Below are positions 1 through 9,800 of a stretch of DNA of 64,000 nucleotides, one piece after another. The notes under the pieces were generated by a model. That model did no database searches, was not told the DNA's origin, and saw nothing but the letters and a program-made list of their open reading frames with translations. Every line of letters starts with the position of its first letter. The first letter of the stretch is position 1. Origin of the DNA: Tubulanus polymorphus (taxonomy: Eukaryota > Animalia > Nemertea); assembly GCF_964204645.1 (NCBI RefSeq), contig NC_134036.1, positions 2,790,001-2,854,000 of the forward strand, in the 5' to 3' direction. A program made the position numbers and the translations under genes.

Positions 1-2215
1 GTGGCAACTATGAGCTCTCTGTCCATCGGATTCTATCTTCAGGACAGGTGTCCAATGGAGCAGCTCAAAGGGGCAGCTCTATCTATCTATCTGATCCTAC
101 TGCTGTGCAGAGGAGACCACGGGTGTAGCCATGAGATTCCTATCAGACTCAGAATCATGTAGGATGGAATGAATGAATGAGAGCATCCACAAGCTCCCTG
201 TTTAATGGATACAGTCTGCTTTGGTTCCAGCTAGTTGGCAAAGACAACAGAAGGCTTTCATGGTTTGAGTATTTGCAAACATTTCCCAAAACAGGAAAAT
301 GCAGATACTGACCGCATCTTTGTCGGGCTTTTTTAAATTCCGTTCAGCTACAGAAATTAATGAATGCAAGAGGAGTTTATTTAGAAGGCCGACTATTCCC
401 TGATTCGACTTTTGTAGAAGGCTGGATACCATGGCAACGAGAGGATATACAGACAGACTGAGCGATGGAGCGATGAGAAAACGCCCAAAGACTTCGATGA
501 AGATTATCACATATATCAATATCAACGCAAATATGAATTCATGAATATTAGAGACGAAATAAGTGATATTATCAAGATCAGACATGAGATTGAGAACCTT
601 CCTTATCATTAATGACCAAAGTGCCAGCATTGAAATAAATATCAACATGTGATTGAACTTGAAATTATGTCTATATAAATATTGCCTGTAGAATTCACTA
701 GGGTAAGATTCAATTAGTCCCAGGTGATATCATGTCGTTGTGCTGACATAAATACAATATGCCAACGATAGGAAATCCAATACATATCTAATACAATTAC
801 GTTAACTTTATTTTGTAAAGGACAGATACATATCAAGATATGTTGCTACTTACATGCTCATAATACCTGAAGTTATATCTCTTCGAAAATAAAAGTATTC
901 AAATTTACCTCATCTGAAGAAACATGTAGCATTTCTGAGTTCTCAACAACAAGACGAAGCCAGACAAAATAAACTCGATTCAATCAGCAAAACCTAGAAC
1001 TACTTTTGTTCTATCCTCTTCAGGTTCCTGGTGTGAATTAGCTACCCCTACTATTGTAACTATACCGGTAACTGTCTTTTTCAATAAGAAAAAAAATAAT
1101 AACATTGTTTGCATTGATATTGTGGGTTTCTCTTAAGGATATGCCTACAACAAGTGTCAAAATATGCTAAACCATGGAAGGAAACAAACTATATAATCTA
1201 GTTTATATGTCCATGACCAAACCAATCATTTCCAAGTCAATCATGCTCTTACAAGTTAAGTAACGACATTGCATGTCAATAGCGCCATGCGAGATCAGTA
1301 GTGGTTAATTAATAAACCATGTCCTACCGAATTAAGCATTGTTATGTTATACGCTCAGCTGGTCGACAATTACTTCTTGGGAACCCCGCCAGACTTTCAG
1401 TTTCATAATAGAAAGTCAGACCACTCATATCAAACTACTAATATATACATGACCCTGCCTAATAACACTAACAATCAGAATAGAATTTCACAATGCGTAA
1501 TAGGGCCCTCCACCCTGAGTAGTTGGTGGCTTCTGTGGTTCCTATGACTGCCGTGTGGCCTATTGACGTATTGTTAAAAAGACAATTTGTTGATTCCTCA
1601 CAGCTATGGAAACTTGTATTTTGTGTAGGCCTATGTCAACTCTTTTTAATACGGCATATAGCATTCATCAGCTTTTGATATCAAAGAATTCCTATTTCAT
1701 TAGCCAGCTAGATGTTTTTTTCAGGCAAAATATAATATAACTCAGCCTCTTATTCAATGCGGATGTCCTTTTTCTAACTTGATAACCACTTGATTGGATA
1801 CAGTTCCCAAGACAATATCACCTAGCGGCAACCTATGTTGAAGTAGGCCAACCATATGGTACAAGAATGGATGTTCCAACATCAAGTCTGCATCAAATAC
1901 CAGTACCGGTACCTGACAGAAAGGTACCAAATATTGGGGCACGGCCTGACTTTTAGATGCCACCAATGCTTAGCGTGAGATTTGACTTCAATGTTTTTTC
2001 CGAATAATTTCAAAAGCATAGAAAAGCAGAGAAGTAAGTAGGCCTACCTTTATATTATGTACAGTAAAAACTGTGTTTATGAAAATATGAAATTACAAAA
2101 ATCTGTGATTGTATATACACCTAGATTTCAGCTTGTTTTATAGTTATGTAGTGAGAATGCAATACTTGTTGTCTCACTACAGCAAACCACTGAACCAGGT
2201 ATATGCACCATATAA

Positions 2216-2526
2216 GACTAAAAAATGATAGCTTGTTTCTCCTAATCGGCAGGGGGTCATTTTATGAACTGATGTAAAATTTGTGATCAGTTCATTTCTA
2301 TAACTGTCGAGTCTGTTATTGTTAGCTTGATCATGATTTTTGAAAAAGTAATATACAGGGTAGATAGGCGGCCGACCGGTCAAATTTTAAGCTCAGCAGA
2401 AATGAGCGAAACAAGGTACCTATCTGTACGAGTGAGCACTTACAAGAACTTCTACCTGAATGCTAAATGCGAGCCTATTGTGACTGTTCTACTTGCTGAG
2501 AAACAAGGTATCAATTTGTTTTAGCC
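2216..2526. mobile_element. MITE family A (TIR GGCTAAAAAATGATACCTTGTTTCTC-like, TAA TSD)
   Basis: taa|gactaaaaaatgatagcttgtttctc ... gagaaacaaggtatcaatttgttttagcc|taa. Internal sequence is shared with 21765-22272 and 28051-28270. Confidence 0.7.
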
Positions 2527-2904
2527 TAAAGCTTTTCATATGCAGGAAAAGTTCAGTTTTTTGAAGATCAAAAGCTGTCAACATAAGCTCCACTACTTCC
2601 CAGCAACTTTTATTTTCAGCCAATAGCTGTCAACATAAGTTCCACTTCTTCGCAGCAAATTAGTACAGCATGAATGTCAAAATGTTATCACAGAATGAGG
2701 ACAAAACAAGTCTACATTTATAAGTTTCACTTTTACTCTTGGGTAACCCTTATGTCAAAATGCTTTGTAAAGTACTTCGTTGCAGTGCTATTTATATACA
2801 AGAATTAGGCCAACACATGTGTTTCAGGCTCAGACAAATACTATAACGCACATACAGATAGATAGGAGTTGTTAGAAGAAAGTTCTTATTCGGAACACGA
2901 AAAT

Positions 2905-3186
2905 ATGGTCTCCACGAAACATTGCTGTTACGGTATTTGTAACAGCGACTCCAGGTACGATTACCGACCGCACATGCAAGGAGTTAGATTCATACCATTC
3001 CCGAAACCGAAAAGGTATCCGGCTAAATGTGAAAGATGGTTAAAGGCTTGCGGACGTCCCAAAGAGGATTTCAACGCGAACAAAGTCACGAGGAACACCT
3101 ATATTTGTTCGAAACATTTCGTTGGACAAAACGGGCCCACGGAGGAAAATCCGGATCCAATACCCGCTACAGCATGTCGCGAACAA
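2905..3186 (+). CDS. THAP-domain protein, coding exon 1 (C2CH THAP zinc finger)
   Basis: MVSTKHCCYGICNSDSRY...FIPFPKPK...CERWLKACGR...YICSKHF...P shows the THAP signature (C-x4-C, FP, W, C-x2-HF, P). The exon ends CAA|gtatgt at 3186, phase 0. Confidence 0.9.
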
Positions 3187-3501
3187 GTATGTAGAAATTC
3201 TTTCATTTTCAAACGAATCTAATACCGGTATTATTCAAGTATACAGCTATTTTACGATACAGCTGACACAGTAGATCAAAATGATAGGTCCGACTTTTAG
3301 ACAATATATCTCTTATTTGTTTATAAAGATAATTTGTAGTTATCCAAGTTCTGACAAAAGTTTATATTCAGTGTTTTTCTGTAGAATTTTAGAGGAGCTG
3401 CATTGATTGTATTACATTATGGCTGCTGAACTAGCAAGGCTTTCAATTCCCCCCCCCCAAAATACTGAAACTTCAGCTTAATTTGTGTGTAATCTTCTAT
3501 T

Positions 3502-3751
3502 TCTGGTAGGGGCAGCAGATATTTCATAAGGGGTGGCTGATTTTCAGAGAGTTGAACTGTAAAAATGAAAGGGGTGGCCGTCCCTCTAAAACCTGAACTA
3601 ATCTTTTCTTTATCTCTTGATAAAAGATTTCGGTACAAAACAATTATCAGCACTGATAGAATATTGACATGTACTCTGGTAGGGGCAGCAGATTTTCATA
3701 AGGGGTGGCTGATTTCCAGAGGGGTGGATGTAAAAATGAAAGGGGTGGCCG
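3502..3751. repeat. direct duplication (~80 bp core, ~173 bp spacing) in THAP intron
   Basis: tctggtaggggcagcagat...aaggggtggctgattt...gtaaaaatgaaaggggtggccg occurs at ~3502 and ~3675. Confidence 0.75.
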
Positions 3752-3857
3752 CGCTTCAAAAACATGTTGTGGAGAACAATACTTTGATATTCTAAGTAGA
3801 AAAAATCAGCCGTATTAAATTTTGGCAAAGTAATAATCTATCTTGTTTTACTTGAAG

Positions 3858-4304
3858 GTCGAAGCATTTAATTGTCGCAAACGAAAGGCACCAACAGCGC
3901 GAAAATCAGTTAACAATAAAAAACGTTTGGACGCGGCTGAAACTTTAGTGAATTTAGCTGATTATTTCCCGAATAATCACAGCACTATTCGTGAACTGCC
4001 GTCTACGTCTGGTTTCGAAGCTGATCGAAAATTAGACAGTAAGTCATTTTTTAAGGATGCGGAGACTCAAACTGAAACTCAGTGCAAATGCCGCGTTGGA
4101 ATCTGCTACAGCGACACATCTTGTCAGACCGCAATTTCATACCCTCCGGTTCATGACGAACTTTCTTTGCAAGTCAAAATCGAACCGTTGGATTCGTGCG
4201 ACGAAATAAACGCATCGGCAGATTGGGAAGAACCGGACAATACGTTGTCGTTGTCGTGGGATACGTTCGTAAAACTTGAGGACGTAAAAAACGAGGTTGA
4301 ATGA
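3858..4304 (+). CDS. THAP-domain protein, coding exon 2 (basic NLS-like stretch, TQT motifs, stop); joined protein ~242 aa
   Basis: Acceptor tcttgttttacttgaag|GTC at 3858 is phase 0 and in frame with ORF 3843..4304. Encodes RKRKAPTARK, DAETQTETQ and DTSCQT; TGA at 4302-4304. Confidence 0.75.
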   Translation, partial: VEAFNCRKRKAPTARKSVNNKKRLDAAETLVNLADYFPNNHSTIRELPSTSGFEADRKLDSKSFFKDAETQTETQCKCRVGICYSDTSCQTAISYPPVHDELSLQVKIEPLDSCDEINASADWEEPDNTLSLSWDTFVKLEDVKNEVE

Positions 4305-6579
4305 TATTCTGGTAGCGGACATAAATTTTCAAACCTCAAGTGGACATTTTCAAACCTGTCTAAAGATAATGACTGTCTCTAATAAAACTCTCTTCGGCCA
4401 AGAGTCAATCTACTCTCTTCATCAATCTACTTATTTGTTATACATTTTATTTGTAATTATGATTGATGATGAAATAAATTACATTATATTACAAAGATAA
4501 TACAGTAAATCTTGCCTTAAATATTCATGTCAGGACTTTTGATGAACATGGACAAAAACGATATCATTGTTCTGATTTCCTTACATATTTTTCCTATCCT
4601 AAACTCAGATGTCACTCAGACCAATTTTTCTGGTCTAAGTGTTGTGACTTAGGCGAGGTTAACTGTACTACATATAAGTAGTAGAAATAAATAGATTACG
4701 CATTTAGAACACAATTTAACTGTAGACCTAGGTATAGTTAGTTAGTTAGTCAGTTAGTTGACCTATTGTTAACACCCGAGTCAGATCAGTTAATTCAAAT
4801 ATCATACCAATGACTTTTCCCAGGGCCTACAGTAGTTAGACTTATCTAAACTATTTGTTTACTTTATCTTTTTTTAAATCTCAATGCTGGTCTTTTGGCT
4901 TCCTGGTGAATGATTTTTCTTCATTAAATAGTTTTGGAACAGAGGTTCTGGTGTCTTTAATGCAAAATTCAAGGTGAACTCGGTCAATGTGGTACTGCAT
5001 GCTTAATAATCAGCAGATTGCAGATTATTTTTGAATAATATTCTAATATCTTTTTTTTGGAAAAATAAAAATATCGTACGCAGTACTACTGAAATACGCA
5101 ATGACACTATAGCTAACTTACCTATATTCTACAGGTGCGAAGTCACATACACTTCAGGGGAAAAAACTTCCGAAAATAAATCTTCAATACTATATACACG
5201 CTAAATAATAATCCTGAAATCTCCTTCGGTTTTGGACGGAAACATGAAATGATAATCCCATAAGTAACTAATCCATTTTAAATATAAATCCCTGCGATGT
5301 GAGCAAGAAATAAACTTTTTTGCTATATATCCTATGCGAGTAGTGTTTTGTATTATAGCGATAACAATGTAGACTGAACTAGCATTGCCTTTACCAGGTG
5401 GAATAGGCCATTCATTCAATAGCGTTCTGAAGGGGTGGCAGAATAACTCTACACTTTATATACTATAAATATAGATTTAATATAAATATATTCGTTATTC
5501 GGCGAAAGTAGAAACGTAGCTGGGAAAAAGTTCACGTTTTCGATCGTATGCGTTTCTGCAAGTGTCTATTGACGAAAAAGAAATTTGTCGAGACATAAAT
5601 TCAAAATTCCCGAAACAAGAATTCTTTTATTGCTTTCGTTGTAAATAGAAATATTTAGCGTTCTTTTCATAGAAAGAATGTGGAAACAATTGCGTAACAA
5701 TCCATTCCTGAACTGGCGCTAAAAATATCTCTTAGTTCATAAGTTTGCTTGACAAACAGGAAGGACTAAGTTAGACAAATTAAATATCTGTCAATTATAG
5801 ATGAAATCCAATGAAAGAGAAATTTATTGAAACAAAAAACCACAAAGTTTTGGCTGTTGACTAACAGCCATCATCAGGGCGATTGACCAAAAACAGAATG
5901 TTGATTGAAGTATCTAAACTCATAGTATATTACATAAGCAGTGACTATGGTTCAGAAACTGATATGAAATGTGGTTTCATTTTGAGAAATCTTTTCTCAA
6001 TCATTTAATCCCAGTGTGTGACTTCTCTATACAACTGATAACTTATGATTTTTCAAAATATTTCACTCGATCTTCTTATCTACCTATAACTTGTGGATCG
6101 ACTAGGTTTAAAGACCAGTTTTAAACTTCAATCATAACTCACATGGATGTGAATGAATCAATTTGCAGGGTGTAAATTTTGCAATAAAACAAGTCTGGAA
6201 AAAAGATCCTCTTCCCGGAAAGTTGTAAGACAAAATAGATCTCCATGTGGCAAATCAGTAAATGAAGCCTTTCAAACAAGTGGGTTTAAAGATTGGTTTG
6301 GAAAATAAATTTGCAGGGGGAATCCTGGTCTTTGGAAAAGAAAACAGGTCTGAAACAAATGGGTCCTCTTCGAAGAAGGTTAAGAGAGAGAGAATACAGA
6401 TCCTTGTGGCAAATCAGAAAATAGAGATCCCTGCAAGAGGCACTAAAGTAAAATGCAAGGACGAATTCATCCGATTTTCAAGGAAAACATGGATGAGTGG
6501 AGCAGAAAAATTTCTAGGCCTAAAATGTTACAATACATCCATTTTTTCATTGACTCAAGTATTGATTAAGTAACATTCT

Positions 6580-6770
6580 TGAGTTTTCCAGGTTTTTTTT
6601 GGTAAAATTTGTCAAATTCCCAGAGTTTTCCCTGATTTTATCTAGATTTTTCAGATTCCGTGAGTTTTCCAGGTTTTTTTTGGTAAAATTTGTCAAATTC
6701 CCAGAGTTTTCCCTGATTTTATCTAGATTTTTCAGATTCCCTGAGTTTTCCAGGTCAGTGGCGCCACCCT
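6580..6770. repeat. ~81-bp tandem duplication of a dispersed repeat end (related sequence at ~30300-30385)
   Basis: tgagttttccaggttttttttggtaaaatttgtcaaattcccagagttttccctgattttatctagatttttcagattcc twice. Confidence 0.75.
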
Positions 6771-6820
6771 AGTGAATGGAGGCTATTCTATCGAATGAAA
6801 AACTTATTAACATTCTTTAC

Positions 6821-9800
6821 CTTCTTAGGATCCGTTTCTTCGTAAAGTTTATCAGCCTTATCCAACAATCGGCGATCGACTGCGTAACCTTTGGCGACAC
6901 CGCTGCTTTCGTCCTCTTCGGGAATTCCCTCCGGGAATGTCGTCCTCGACGACGGGTCGACGTCTCCGTCGTCGAACGAGTCGACCTGGATACTGATCTG
7001 ACCGGCGGACGTGAAAAATATCTCGCGTTTACTTTTAACGTCGGTCGGCGCGTGTCGACTCATATCGCCCCCGGCGTCGAGCGTCGGTTTCGATTGTTGG
7101 ACGCGATCGCGTTTTTTCGTAAGACGATGAACAGTCCAGCCGTCGACATTCTCGACGACGATCTCACGTTTACGCGCGGCGGCCGCTCTCCGAGCCGAAC
7201 GCTCCGATTTACTCTCCGGTTTAAAACCGAACTTTCTCGTCGTCGTCGACGATTTCTCGATGCTGTGACGTTTACGATGCGGTTTCGGCGGCGTCGGATG
7301 AACCTCCTCCGCGCGACCTTGAGGATCGTCGGTCTGTTCGGATTCCTCGATTTGACGCAGACGACGTTCCCGTCTCGCCGCTTTACGTAGTTTACGCTCG
7401 TGTTTGTATAACTCACTCCGCGATATTTCACCCTCCGTCGATTTCCTGCGTTCTTCTTCCGATTCGTTTTTCGACTTTTGTTGTAAAATGTTGCGATCGA
7501 CGAGGGCTCCGCGGATACGACTAACGATCGACCAGTTGTTGCCCGTCGCTGACGAGTTTCTATCTTTATCGCTTGTATCTACGACGACAGCTGTTGTAGC
7601 CGTTGCTAGGAGATGATCGTCTTCTCGGGAACATCTGTCGCCATCGATTGCGTCAACAATGTTTCTGTTTATTTTATTATCGATCGTGAATCTATCGCCT
7701 CCTCGGTCAGTTGTCGGCGAGGAGGACGACATATTCCCGCAGCCGTTGTTACCAGGCGACAAATTCATCGCATGATTGTTGATCGCTCGTAACCGTAGCA
7801 ACTCGGCACTGCCGTTTTCCCCGTCATCGTAGACGGACTCGACGTCGGCGTCGTAGCTAAATCGAACGTTCAAATGTCGATCGGACGGAAATTCCAAGAT
7901 GTCCGAACATCGGGAGCTCGATCGACTGGTTTTCTGGTCGACAACGTAGAGACTGTCCTCGTCGATTCGCTGCGGCATGACGGGTAAACTCGGCGAGTCA
8001 AGGCTACTCGTACCGGTGCTGCCCCCGTGAGATGACAACGATCGTAATCGCGATAGAAACGATGCCTCGCGTAATTCGGGCTTCGAATCCGAACGTTTAT
8101 CGTAATCGGGACTTTTCACGCTCATTGCTGCCGTAGCCGTGGTAACGCCGCTGTGCTTACCGCCACTTTTCAATTTCGAAAAGAACGAAACTTCGCGATC
8201 GTTGTTCTCGGAATCGCCGATGTTATCGTCGTAGTGAAACACACTCGACGCCACCGAGTCCGTGCTGTCCATTTTTTTGATACTCGCGATTCGCGAAAAG
8301 AACCACGGACTGCGTTCATTGTTACCATTGTTGCTATTGACGATACGATCGGCCTTACAGTTCGCGTCGAGACTTTCTCCGATTTTTCCACCTTCGCACG
8401 ATTTAAAAACGGCCGTCGGTGAATTTACGATATCGTCGGCCGTCGATATTTTCTTTGCGTTGGCTCTCTCGTCGTCGGGGTCGACAGCCGACTTTTTACA
8501 CATAAACCGCGAAAATACGGACGACTTCCCTGTCTCTTCCGGTTCGTCATTCGCATTTGTCGTCGATAGCAACGATGAGTACTCTTGCGCCGCGTCCGAC
8601 TCGTTCGGAGTCATCGTCGTGGATGCGAGTTCTTGCGACGACGTGCCGTTGCGTTTCAAACCGAATCCGGTGATTCGCGAAAATAGCGACGGTTTCTCGG
8701 TGACGTATTCCTCCTCGCTGTCGAACGAATAATCGCTACGATCCTCGGTGCTGCGCCCTGTTATCAGCGAGAAGAACGACAGTTTACCATCGCTCGATTT
8801 CACCGGAGGTGAACGCGATTTCGGCGATTTAATGGGCGCCTCATTGTTGTCGGATGATTTATTCGCGAGGAATCGCGATAAGAACGACGACCCTTCCGGT
8901 TGCGATTTGGGCGATATTTTTTCTACGTTTGTCGTCTGCTCGAGACCGATCGACTCGGTGCAGTCCGCGGACGTCTTCTCCGTCAAACTCTTTCCGATTA
9001 TGCGACCGAAAAATGAAGAATCAGTTTTCGGGCTCGAGGAAGCATCTTCGTCATCTTCCGCTTCGGGACAATCAAGTTCGTTGGTTACCTTAACGACATC
9101 TTCATTAACGCGCTTCGTACTCTGCTCGCTAGATGGCACTTTTGCGTATTGATTCAACTTTTCCGCTTTTGCGCGTAGATTAAAGAAGAACAACGATTTT
9201 GATTTCGGAGAATCGTCTTCACCGACGGTGGCGCCATCTTCTTCCTCTTCGACTTCGTCCATTTCCGTCGATTCGTCGACTTCCCGCGCGGCGATCGAAT
9301 CGCGGAATCCGGTGAACATCGATTCGAATCCTTTAACGAATCGATTTCCGATGCTGACTCCGCTCGATTTAACGATCGGCGTCCCGGGAACGCGATACTG
9401 AGCCGGATCGAAGTCCGAATGAACGCGTCCGTGCGATACGACGTCCGAACTGGAGACGCCGATTTCCTCGGTCTCGTCTGCGAACGTCACCGATCCTCGT
9501 TTGCGTGTGTCATCGATGCTGATCCTCAACGCGCTTTTCGCGCACGTCTCCTTCCGCGACGGATCTGACGATTTACGACTCGCGCGATCGTCGAAACTCT
9601 TCCCGCTCATCTGACGTCGTTTATCGATCTCTTTTTTCAACTCGCTGCCGCCCTTACTCGACGAGCCGTCCGAATTCCTGCGTCCAACGACGTCATCAGG
9701 CTGCGAACCGCGACGCTTCCCGGGGATCAGAGCGCCATCTAGCAGCAACTCGTGTAATTCCGATTGACTTAGTCGACGTATACCGCCGCCGCCGTTGATG

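Noticed and set aside
202-648. 148-aa minus ORF, and a possible plus-strand terminal exon at 418-612 (KAGYHGNER...LPYH*)
   Set aside because: No recognisable homology; cannot be tied to any gene in the window.
5201-5720. Candidate downstream prune exons (acceptor-like sites near 5426 and 5718)
   Set aside because: Short frames with no BCH-like sequence; not distinguishable from chance.
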